Part shown: in pieces, positions 13,871 through 25,000 of the stretch | Position numbering within the stretch: the stretch's first letter is position 1 | Layout of the letters: each line of letters opens with the position of its first letter | Assembly: GCA_013239625.1 (NCBI GenBank) | Contig: MU054117.1 | Location: 4,268,677-4,332,676 of the forward strand | Direction of reading: 5' to 3' | DNA length: 64,000 nucleotides | From: Lama guanicoe | Taxonomy: Eukaryota | The notes under the pieces: generated by a model | Seen by the model: only the letters and a program-made list of their open reading frames with translations | Databases searched by the model: none | What the model was told of the DNA's origin: nothing | Made by a program: the position numbers and the translations under genes

Positions 13871-15247
13871 AGAAAGAAGGAAGGCAACTCAGAGGTGGCT
13901 GCATCATCATGTGACCTTGTCCTAGTCCTTTTGCCTACAAATTCAAGCACAGGTGTTTCTAAGCTATGGATGGTAAGTCCCAGCAGGTTTGATGTAGGGG
14001 GCACACAAGCTCTAGGGGCAGATGCGTCTTTCAAGGAGAGCTACGCTCACAAAGCCATGAGCGTGGGAGGGACAAGCGGGACCAGAGGGACCAGAGGCCG
14101 GCACTGCTTGGGAGCTGAGTCTGGGATGGAGGAGGAGGCGGTGGGAGAGAGAGATGGGGTGGAGTCAGATGTTTAAGGAACAGAGAGGGAGGCGAGGAGA
14201 CGGCATCAGGAGAGAGGCGGAAGGAAGAGGAAGGGACGGGAGAGCAAAGAAGAGGAAGAGACAGGGAGGGGGGAGCAGAAGGATGCTTCGTCTTCTACGT
14301 CTCTAGGTTTCCCGCTAAAAGGGTCGTCCTGGGGGAGAGACGCAATGGAATGGGCATCAGAATTCTGCTCACCTTCTTCCCAAGGGTCAGCCAGCAGAGA
14401 TGAAAACACAGGAGGCAAGATGCAAACAGAAGAGAGTAAGAGAATGTCAGATACACAGATAAGCCAGGGAAAGCAGAAGAAACAAATCGTCTTAGAAGGA
14501 AGACAAGAGAAAGAGAAGGAATTCTCGATTATAGGTGAGGACACCGCCAGAGGGACGCAGACGCCCCCCCGAGGCTGGCCTGGGTCACATGCAGCTAGAT
14601 CAGGAGGGCATCCCTGGAGGAGGAGCAGAGTCCAGAGCAAAGGTGGTGCCTGTGCTCGAGGACCGCGGTGTCAGGAGTGAGCGGTCTAAAACCAGGAGAC
14701 ACAGGTCACAGCAGCCGTGCAGCGGAAGGGGAGACGGTCACGGCGTGGTCTTCATGAAACCAAGACGCTCAGGCAGGCGACCCCCACACGTGAAACTTCT
14801 ACTGGCAAAATGTTTGGAGCTAATATTCATGCCCGTGTTTGTTCATTGTTCAATAGTCACTTGTCCACTTGCCGTGGCTGGATCACCCATCTTAATAACT
14901 CTAGGAGAAGAGAACCCACACACTTTATCCTTCCTGAGTCAGGGACTCATGTGGCACCACACATGATGGCACTGGATGAGTGATTTTGACGGGGACAGTA
15001 GCTCTACTGGTAGTGAAGAAGGTGTCGACATAGCCAACGATGTTTAGTGTCATTAAAATCTTGTTCAATAAAATGACAATGACGGTGGAGACGGCGATGA
15101 GAGAGCAGCAGATAAGAGAGGTTGTGCAGACAATTACAAGCACGAAGTTCTGTTAATGACGCGGACGGTGAACGTCACGGCAGTGGTAGTTACCATGACG
15201 AAGTCGTGATCCCGGCAAAGCTAGGTCACCACTTGTGAAATAAAGCT

Positions 15248-15331
15248 GTGCATGTGTGCATGTGCATGTACGTGTGCGTGTGTGTGTGTGACAGAGAGAC
15301 AGAGACAGACAGAGACAGAGCAAGAGAGAGA
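15248..15331 (+). repeat. Compound (TG)n-(AG/ACAG)n microsatellite
   Basis: gtgcatgtgtgcatgtgcatgtacgtgtgcgtgtgtgtgtgtg followed by acagagagacagagacagac... Confidence 0.85.
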
Positions 15332-15590
15332 TCGCTCACAGGTAAATGAGATTATCACCTGCCCCAGGGCCCCTTCCAGAGACCCCTCGCATGGTCAAAT
15401 GGCCACTCCTTTCCTTAAAATACCAAGTGCAAAAAGGAGAGGGAATCCTTGGACACACTTCTTTTTCCTTTGGAAGTATTTCCTGGATTGTCTTCTGTAG
15501 AGAAATTGTCACCGAGGAATTCCCCAGGGATATTTTTTAATTATACATGGACTATAATGGCTGGAAAGGACCTCAAAATACATCTAAACT

Positions 15591-15768
15591 CTGTGGCTCT
15601 CAACCCAGATGTGCATCAAGACGTCCTGGGGACTTTTTCCCACAGTACTGATGCCAGAGCCTCATTCCCACACCAGCCGACTGAATCAAAGCCTGGATGG
15701 TACCCAGGTGTGAACATTGTGAAAACACTCCCCGGATAATTTTGATCAACTCGCATGATAAGAACCTT
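15591..15768. mobile_element. MER5A-like hAT-Charlie element
   Basis: ctgtggctctcaacc...tgcatcaaga...ctgaatcaaa...ctccccggataatttt...taagaacc. Confidence 0.6.
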
Positions 15769-16199
15769 CTATTCTACAGAAGGGACGAGCGAAGCCCACC
15801 AGCACACCACACTTAGTGACAGTCACAACCAGAAGAGGTGTCTTCGCAGCACGTCTGGTCCCGTTTCCCCTGCCTGCCTGCCGACCCCGGGGTGAGGCTT
15901 GCAGGCTGCTCCCATTGCTTCAGGGGCTCTAACGGAGCGCCCTGCAGGGCTGGGAGGGAGCACCCACAGCGAAGCCAAGAAGCTGGACCAGGGCCACGTC
16001 TGGCTTCTCATGGAGCACGTCCCGGCGGTGCTCTGAGGAGACACGGTCTCACCCCATCACTGTCCCAAACTCAGGGTCCCCAGGAGGCAAGTGTGATTTC
16101 AACTCCACAAAACCCACATCCCACTGGCCCTGTTCCCGACACTATCTGCATCCAGCCAACCCTCAGGAGGCCCCAAACCCAGGAGAAACATGCTCATAC

Positions 16200-16298
16200 T
16201 TTCTTGGTGGGAACTTTGATCTTCAAGAATTCTGCCTCTCTGGCCAGCACCTGCCACGGGGCGTGGATCCGGACAAAGACAGAGCCCTGGCTTTTGCT
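16200..16298 (-). CDS. ANO2: ANO2 coding exon 4, 99 nt / 33 aa (not in the ORF track in this frame)
   Basis: ttcttctttgtcccttacag|AGC AAA AGC CAG...ACC AAG AAA|gtatga. Translates [33 protein letters not shown], the conserved anoctamin [15 protein letters not shown] motif. Phase 0/0. Confidence 0.97.
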
Positions 16299-16629
16299 CT
16301 GTAAGGGACAAAGAAGAAGAAACAGAAACATTTATAAGGTCATAGCTTAAACTCCTGGTTCCCCACCTGTCCCCAAGCTAGAAGCCCAGACCTGTTATTT
16401 CTCCAGTGTCTGGGTTCTGTACTCCTTAAAATTCACTAGAGGCCAGTCTCCTCCCACCTAGACCCATTCACCACGTCTGGTCCAGAAATGCTCTCATCAA
16501 AGGAGGGGAAGGAGTCCCAAAGCGTGGTCCCTGGAGGTTTGGTGGCTTCAGAGGAAAAGATTTAAAACAATTGTCTTCACAGACTCGAAATGTAAGCAAT
16601 TAGAACTTTCACAGAAATCCCATGAACTC

Positions 16630-16790
16630 TTTTTTCTAATTGAAGTACAGTTGACTTACAATATTGTGTTAGTTTCAGGTGTACAGCAGAGTGATTCAGT
16701 ATTTTTGCAGATTCTACTCCATCACAGGTTATTATAAGATCATGGATGTGAGTCCCTGTGCTACACAGTACGTCCTCGTCCTCTGTTCTA
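16630..16790 (-). mobile_element. L1 3' terminal fragment
   Basis: ttttttctaattgaagtacagttgacttacaatattgtgttagtttcaggtgtacagca... is a typical L1 3' end in reverse orientation. Confidence 0.8.
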
Positions 16791-17449
16791 TAGACAGCAC
16801 CCAAGGCAGGTGGACCACCGCTGCCAGATTCAGTGAAAAGTCCGCAGCCTGTCTCCACGCACACGTTTTCATGGTTAAGTTTGCATGACTATTGGTTTGT
16901 TCTCCTGTTTTGCTGTGTCGTTGCCCAAATCACAAAAGGGGTTCATCTGAGCCGAAAAGTAATGATACAAATAACAATGTAACTCGTACAACTCAATATA
17001 ACCTCAGAAACATAAATCGCGGGCAGGGCTCCGTGTGAATACGGCTGTGACTCCATGTCCCGGGGCAAGTCATTCTGTGAGTGCACCGACTTCACCCAAA
17101 AATGGAAAGTCAGGACGGGAAAACGCAGTGACGAGTATTTGAAAACCAGGTCTTATCAACTCATCTGGCCCCGGGTGCCACGTCTGCTATAAAAACTGAT
17201 CAGATTAAAACAGATTAAACAGATTAAATATTGATCACCTGCAAATAAAACCTCAATTTTTTTTTTCCGAACAAGCACACAAAGGAAAAGAAAACCACTT
17301 CCTAAGATCCATTAGTTTTTGTCACTGAAGAAGGAAAGAACAAAACAAGCGGGAAAAACGGGGGAAAGCCCCATTGTTGCTGTGAAGCTTCTAAAGCCAC
17401 CTGCAACCTGAACCACAGGCACAAAGAAGGCGGAACAAGCCGAGAGCAA

Positions 17450-18310
17450 AATTCCTCATCGAACGACCCTCGGGAAGCAGGAGCCCGCGCACCTGGGCGC
17501 CGCTGACGCTGGGCGAAGCCGCTGCGGGCGGCGTGGGAGCGGGGCCCTGGCGAGGGCGCTCTGGAGTCAGGCTCGCAGCGCCTCGCCCCTCCGCCCCCTG
17601 AAGACCCGCGCTCCCGGAGGAAGGAGGTGCTGCTGGGCCCCCGTGCATTTTGTGCAGCAGGGCCCGCGGACTGAGATGGCACCGACTCTGCGTGCACCCA
17701 AGGGGGCACTGCTCCCAGAAGAGAGGTCATCCCTCTAGAAAGTCACTCACAAAGACCAGCTGGTGTTTGACGACCCACCCTCCGGTCTTGGGTGAGCGCT
17801 GCAGATGACAGTGACCACAGCCAGGCGCAGCCTCTGACCCGCCGCCTGCCCCGGGTGCCAGGCAGAGACACAGGTGGGAGAAGACCGCTTCCCCCACTGA
17901 AGGGCGCTCTCTATGGTGGGGCTCACGGAGGTCTTCGAAACGACGAGTAAGATAAAAAGATATTTCGTGACGTTCAGAATGTGAAGTGAGGCCCCTTTCC
18001 ACGGTTTCGAATGGCACTCCACCGTCGATCCAATAATTCAGGCGTCCGGACGTCTGCTTCAGGGATGAAAGGTGCTGACTTACAAGGGAGGAGAAACCGA
18101 GATTCCGCAAAAAGACTGAAAATGTGGCAGAAAGTCTTGGATGGCCTCGAGTTGACAAATACCTGAAAATAATAAGAATCACCGAGACGCATCTTCACGG
18201 AGCGCATGCCGCATACCAGGATGGGGCGAGGCGGTCGCGCGCTTTGGTTCCCAGGACATTCACAGCCGCGCTAAGAGGCGGGGACTAGCACCATCTCCGC
18301 GGCACAGTTG
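17450..18310. promoter_or_regulatory. Intronic CpG-rich region 1.2-2 kb upstream of exon 4
   Basis: Dense CpGs at ~17480-17700 and ~18180-18305, with GC-box-like motifs (ctccgccccc, gaggcgggg). No repeat origin recognised. Confidence 0.45.
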
Positions 18311-21300
18311 AGGAAATCAAGGCAGGGAGTATTTAAAGTTTGTCCTAAGCTACACAGATAGTGTAATAGAAGAAAAAGTATTCAAATCCAGATCGCCTAT
18401 GCTCTACCTGGTGGCTTTCTCCTCTCATCAGAGACAAACGGGACATTTAAGCACGTGGTTATAAACCACATCCAAGGGCTGCAACAGAACATAAAGACGT
18501 GGTTTTTTTAAGACTAGAACTGAATCAAAGGGTGGAAGGAATCTATGAGGCAGCCCTAAGATGAAACACTCAGCCGCCGCACTCCCGAGCGGACTCAGCT
18601 CTGACGGAGCACTGGAAGGGGCTTCCAGTGAGAAATCGCCCAGCATCTCCGTCCGTCTGTGGCAGCAACGTCCAGGACCACCAGACAGGGCCATCAGTCA
18701 CGTGCTGCTCCCTAACCGTAACTTAAGCTTTTCTAACCTAGTGAAAGTGAAGCGGAAGAAAAGAAACCACCAGGGAAGCTGACCAGCTTCTGGGCCCAAT
18801 GCGGCCCCAGAAATGATGCTGTCGGTGAAAGATGGCAAAGAGGAGTGCCAACCCTGACACGACACCATGACTATTATTGACTTTTAAATATTTTGTTTCA
18901 GCTTTATTTTTGAATTGTGATGAATGCTTTTTTTTAACTTTATCTAGAATTGGTGCCCCAAGTGTGTACCAAATGTCCAGTAAGTGGCTGCAGATGCTCG
19001 GTGTTTGAGAAAGGGCTGGAAGGGCCAGGGTCAAATCCCGTGGCCCTGGTGACAGATGGCTAGCTGTCCCCTGACAGCCACTGTCCTTTTCTTTATTTTT
19101 AAGCTAGGCCCACGGCCTTCCAGAACAAAGGCTGTATCTCCCCTGAAGTTGAGTGTGACCGTAACACTAATTCCAGGCCAGGCGGTACAGGTGGAGGTGC
19201 TGGGAAGCAGCCCCCAGCGACCCCACCCTCCACCGAGACACGAGTGGGTGACTTCTGCCCCCTCATCCTCTTCCCTGCCTCTGATCTACTGCCTGGAACG
19301 TGGCTACCCACATCTTAGACCTCGAGGTCAGAGTCAAGGCCAGAAACGGCCAAGTATCCAGAGAGAAGCTGGAAGAGCCTTAAGGCCATAATGGGCTTGT
19401 ATTTTAGCGTCTAGACTCTGCAGGGTCACAGCCGCCCCAGCCTGTCTTTCATGGGGAGATACAAGTCCATCTTGCCACGCGCTGGATTTTAGAGGCTCTG
19501 GCAAACGCAGCCCGAGCATCCATTAACTAACACAGTATGGTTTCCCAATGTGGGGGCTTTCGTTCCCTCCAGCCAAGGATGCTGCTGCGTCTCCATCCTC
19601 CCCAAATGGAGCTTGTTTCAAAGGAAAAATTAAAGTGGGAATGCAGTTTGGTGGTGCTAACATCGAGCCATCATGCCCCTTTCATGCCAGGCAACGCCGT
19701 CACCTTCTCATAAAAAGAACAGCAACCAGCTGATGTGAAACACTAGCTGGTGTGACTGGCTAGGTCTCCCGGGAAAAAAAATAAAAAGCCAAATACTTGA
19801 AAATCCCTGAGCTGAAGCATCACCAACTCCAGAAGCTCTTTTTACCAACCCAGGAATCTAACATTGGAGGTTAACACAGATTAAGCTTAAAAAAAAAATC
19901 CTTGTTCCCCAGGCCCAGCTGAGTTCCATTCTGCGTTGGATTGAATTCCTTTGGGCAGAGGGGAGGAGTAGAAAGAGCTCCAACTTCAGATTCAAATCGA
20001 TTAAGATCTGAAGCCTGGATTTTACAGCTATGGGACACTGGGCAAGTCACTTAACCAAGGGAGCCTCAGTTTCTGCATCTGAATAAGGAGGATGAGAAAC
20101 ACTGCAGGGCTGCTGTGTGGGTGGGAGAGAAAGCACGTGAGGTTCCCGCTGGAGCGCCTGAACGCCCACCGTTCCATACATGGCACGTCGCTCTGCTCAA
20201 ACAACAGCTTCTTGACTGCAGGGATAGTCTCTGACACTTCGCTTGTGTCCCGCCCAAGCACCGGGCACAGGCTGGACACAGAGTAAGTCCTCGCAGAATT
20301 CCTGCCCTGGATAGAAAAGACGGGGGAGAAAACCATTCCTGCTAGATGAAAACGCTGGTTTGTTCACTGCCTTGGTCTCTTCACTTGCCAAGCATCAGAT
20401 TTCCACGGTACCGTTCAACATCCTCGTGCTGAAGGCTCAAAGCAGAGCCAGCTGAAGGACATGGTGCATTTCAGAAGGGGAACCGATTTGGCCAAAGGAC
20501 TCTGGAGTTGGAGAGCAGCGCTCCAGCGACCCTCAACATGTCTTAAGTAGCCGATGAAGATCTGGAGCTCAGGAGGCTGACTTGCTGGGTTACAGACACA
20601 CAGCTTGTTAGTAGCAGAGCCAGGAACGAAATCCAGGTCTGCCTGGACATTGAGGTCCATCCCACAATGCCTGGGAGGGACGACATCACTCGTCCCAGAG
20701 GGCTCCCAGCCCGTCCGGGGGCAGTCCTGGGGCCCCTCCCTTCACAAGCGATCAGGCCGAGGAGAGAGAGGCCTGCAGGTGCGGGGGAACCTCTCTCTAG
20801 AGCTCCAGCCGCTGCTCAAAGCCCTCAGCAGGGACCAGAGGCCCTGCACTCCTGGTGAGATGGCAAGATTCTCCGTATGGTTTATGTCTAGTTGTTGTCT
20901 TCCAAAGATTGCATGTGGCTTCGCAGGACCACGTCCTCCCTCTGGAGAGACAAGAGTGAATGGGAGGCGGCCCCAGCCAAAACTGGAAACCGATACTCCA
21001 CAAGCCTCCTTCCCACACAGCCCTGCCAAGCCACCCTGATGCTGACCCCAGACGCCTGCGTGCACTCTGGCCCCGGCCCTGCTGTGAGCCGAGAACAGCA
21101 GCTACAGCACATCGTGGCCCGGGAGGGGGGCCGCCAGAGGAAAGGTGGGGGTGAGCGGGAGACGAAGGAGAGGGAGGACGGCGGGGGGAGGGCAGATGCC
21201 GCTGAGATCTCGCCAGTCCAAGTCATCTCTGGTCCGCGAGGACCAAGGGCGTGTGGTCCCACAGCAAGGGTGACGAACCCCGGGGACCCCCATGTGCTCA

Positions 21301-22473
21301 GCTCACCGTGGTTGACACCCACACAGCTGGAGGAGCTACTCCAGGTGGTGTTGAGACTGCGGCCAGGGCAGCCAGCATCACAGACCAAGGAGGAGTGTGG
21401 GGTGCAGCCTGGAGAATTCAGAAATGAGAGCAGGAAATGTGAGGGTCCTCACAACTGCCCCACCCGGGGAACACCATGGTCTCCCCTGTCATCGTTCAGA
21501 TGAAGTCTTAACTCCCCTCAGCTCTCAAGAACTTCAAACCTGTGGTCCAGGAGCAGCCTCTGCCTGGACCTCCCAGAGATGCAGGGACTTGGAACGAAGC
21601 CCAGGGAAGAGCACCCTGACTGGAGGAGGAAAGGTACAGACGTGCTTCCCTGGGGGGCCCTGGTTGAATCTCTCCTCTCCACCCCTCTCCTCCCCAGGCC
21701 AAGGTGAGGCTGGGTCAATGATCAGCAAAGACAAAGGACAGGACCAAATGCCCACTGAACCCTGTCCCAGGGACCCCCCACCCCACTGCCAAATACCAAC
21801 AGCACAGCTACCCTGATACAAAAGGTATCACCTGGTTCCCAAGCAAAGGTGGGGACAACCTTGTCAGGGACCGACCCATGGAGATGAAAACAGCCACTCC
21901 AGTCGTAAATTTTTCAAATCAAATGTCCATCATGAAAAACTCCTGGGGCGGGTGGCTGGGGGGTACAGCATGCCGTGCTGGGAGGATCCCTCAGGTCAGC
22001 AACCAAAACGGACCGAGACCCAGGAGAGATCATCTCTGGACCCGCAACCCCAGTCTTGAATGTGTGAATCGCATGTCACTCTACTCCAGACAGGAGCCAC
22101 CCAGAAATCCTGCTCAAGCCCCGGTGAAGATGAACTGGGGAGGGGGAACCCAGGGCAACTGAGGAGTCAGACCGTCTTACACACTAAGGGCCGAGAGAGC
22201 CAGCTCCGCACCTAATCCCTGAAGAGCAGGGGCCCCCGGGGCAGCCCAGCACCTGAGAAGGAAAGGGAGTCAGCAGCAGAAGGGATTAAGTGTTCCCTGG
22301 GCTGCCTTCCACTTCAAAGACCCGCAGAAGGAGTGGGGGGAACCTTCACCACCGCCAGGGGACAGACGGGTCATGGGGAAGCCACGGGTCCCGGGGTCTG
22401 AGGCCCCGGCTCTGTCACTGACCAGCTGCACCATTTTTGGCAAGTCACCCAAGCTCTTGAAACTCAGAGGCAA

Positions 22474-22636
22474 CTTTTTAAAGTTTTTTTTAATTTATTA
22501 TTGTATTATTTTATAACTTTTTGGTGGGAGGGGAGGCAATTATGTTTGTTTATTTTTAATGGAGGTGCTGGGGATTGAACCCAGGACCTTGTGCATGCTA
22601 AGCATGTGCTCCACCACTTGAGCTACACCCTCCCCC
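22474..22636 (-). mobile_element. tRNA-Ala-derived SINE (camelid Vic-1-like)
   Basis: Minus strand GGGGGAGGGTGTAGCTCAAGTGGTGGAGCACATGCTTAGCATGCACAAGGTCCTGGGTTCAATCCCCAGCACCTCCA (A and B boxes) plus an A-rich tail. TSD cagaggcaa at 22465-22473 and 22637-22645. Confidence 0.88.
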
Positions 22637-22689
22637 CAGAGGCAATGCTAAAATAATTTTCATGATGAATAATAACAGCACCTGGAGGA

Positions 22690-22856
22690 GAGAAGGATGG
22701 ACTGCACAAGGGGATGCGTGGAACCTTCCAGGGGTGAGAGATGGTCATTACCTTGATCACGTGATGGCTTCACCGGTCTGTACATATGTCAAAACTCAAC
22801 AGATCAGACACTTTAAACACTTGCAGTTCTTTATATATCAATGATACCCCAATAAG
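22690..22856 (+). mobile_element. Old L1 (L1MC/ME-like) 3' fragment
   Basis: ccttccaggggtgagagatggtcattaccttgat...tgtcaaaactcaacag...tcaatgataccccaataa resembles L1M 3' UTRs. Confidence 0.6.
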
Positions 22857-24459
22857 GCTCAGGGGGAAGATTCGAAAAAACATGAAACGATGCCACACTT
22901 CTCACAATTTTTTGGGTTTCAAAAAATACTGTTATTTTTTCATTAAAATATGTCACTTCTGTCAAGTTAACATATTATTTATTTAAAAATATATTACACA
23001 TTGTTAGTCTGTGATTAAGAAACAGATATTCAAAAGCTAATACTGACTCTGTGGTATTCCAGAATCAAATGAGATAAATGATCGAGGGAAGTGTTTTACA
23101 CCCTATAAAGTAAACGTAAAAGGGCTTCTTTAAGAGCAAGCAAGGTCAGAGGCAGCCACTGCCAAATCTCTGCCTCGGTCCTCAGTGTGCAGGGCATCCC
23201 CTGCCCCCGGGGTCACGGACACATGCCCTTGACCTCCATGTGGCTCCTACCATGCTTCTTGGATCCCACCCGGGAGAAATCACAGCTGAGCCACCCAGGT
23301 GATACCTGGACAGCACCAAGTAACGTGGAAGTTAAAGAGAGTGTTTCTCTTGGGCGTCAGAATGCCGAAGGCTAAGCAGGAGCCGGGGACCAAATTTCTA
23401 CCCAAAAAAGAGGGTAAAAATCCATGAGCCCTGAAGACGTTGGCAGAAACGGACAGGGCCCCTCCCAACACCAGGCTTCAAGCACTCAGGGTCCAGCCCC
23501 AAACAGACAGGAAAAGGTCACAGATAAACCGGAGGAAAAACCAGAGGAAAACACTGCCCTTTCCGATTCGTCACAGTAAAACTATTTTGGACGGTCGACA
23601 TCCCGCAAGTAGAATCAGATGCTGCAGACGCTAGTTCCCAGCCATCACTCACGGGCCAGGACACCGCAGGCATTTCAACGCCCAAAGAAACGGAAGGCAG
23701 CCGCAGAGCCAGGGCAGAGGGTCCCCGAGATGGGTGGTGACAGACACTTGGACCGAGAGTGGCGGGCAGGCCCTGGTGGGGCTGGGACAGTCCCCGGTTA
23801 TCTCTTCTGCCTCGTCCTTCTACCCAGTGCAGCAATTCAGTATCACCAAAAACACCCCAGACCGGACAATAAATCATAGTCACCCTCCGGATCAGCAGTG
23901 AACACCATGAATTCAACAGCCCTCCAACCTTCAGACAGGAATGCCCAGTATCTCCTTCCTGGACTGCATTCCTTTGGCCCACATGATAAACGTCCCACTC
24001 AGGGAGAAGCGTTTCCAGGCACTTAAAAGCCGATCGTAAGACCTCTAGAAGTACCCGGCTCTCTCATACTCCTCCTAATGCAAAACTTACGTGATTTTCT
24101 GATTTAGATCCTTTCCTTCCTTCCTCAAGACACGTCTACAAACCCTTCAAGCTATCAGGAACGAATCCCCCTCCACTCCAAAAGATGTGCCCTTGCCCTC
24201 CCTGAGCAGTGACTCACCTCTCCCCAAGGAACAGCTCCCCTGTTTCCTATGATTCAACCATCCCATCATATTTCAGTTCAACAAGTATTTACTGGGCCAC
24301 AAGCGAGTGACCGACCAGCAATGTGCTAAGAGTGAAGGGCACACAGAAGAAATACACACCATCCTACGGTTTCCAGTCTCTTTGGAAACCGGATAAACGA
24401 TATCGAACACACAGGACAGATGAGTAACACCACGCCTGGGGTGATTAACGTCCAAGCGG

Positions 24460-25000
24460 ACAGGATGACTGATGAATGCTCATCTGTTTGCTGTCTCCCC
24501 TTTCACTCATCAATAATTGCCAGATTTTGCTCCCAGGGAAACACACCCCCTGGACCTCAGCCATATGTTTTTGGTAGATCTGACCTCACCACCAACGCAG
24601 GGATGAGCCCAATTAGCTTGAGCCAGTCGGGGCATCCATCCCCCTGGACACAGCAGGTGGTTGTGGAATATGTTCGTAATGCAATCAGAACTGATAAGAT
24701 GAAGCAATGTTGGCCAGGGCTTCAGGATTAAGCAGCTTTCTTTTTCTGCCAGAGCTCTGAGGAGAATAGTGACGGTCAATTTGCTCCGTCAAGGGAAGGG
24801 CTAGGTCAGCCAAGGGACCACTGAGTAAGCAGAGGATGGAGCAGACCCTCCAAAAGGCTGGGCAGAAAGATGGAGAGCATCTTGGGGCCATTATTTGAGC
24901 TGCTGGATCACCCTTCACCTGACCTACTCAGATGAGCTTATGAGCTCCTTTTGTTGAAACCAGTTGAGTTTCTATCGATGCAACCAAGAGTTTTCAAGGA
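24460..25000 (+). mobile_element. Old MaLR LTR (MLT1K/L-like)
   Basis: ctcagccatatgtttttggtagatctgacc...ttgagctgctggatca...ccagttgagtttct...tgcaaccaagagt. Heavily diverged. Confidence 0.5.

Noticed and set aside
14960..15215. Asp/Gly/Ser-codon-like purine-rich stretch
   Set aside because: Contains stops and looks like a decayed (GAT/GGT)n trinucleotide repeat; no splice-compatible ORF.
1..16199. ANO2 exon 5 (MYEIKAGGSIAKKF...SYPFSREK)
   Set aside because: Searched by eye on the minus strand and not found; presumably beyond the window start.
22560..22636. tRNA-Ala gene (also at the other SINE heads)
   Set aside because: Diverged stems, SINE tails, A-rich ends and TSDs show these are retroposed SINEs, not functional tRNAs.
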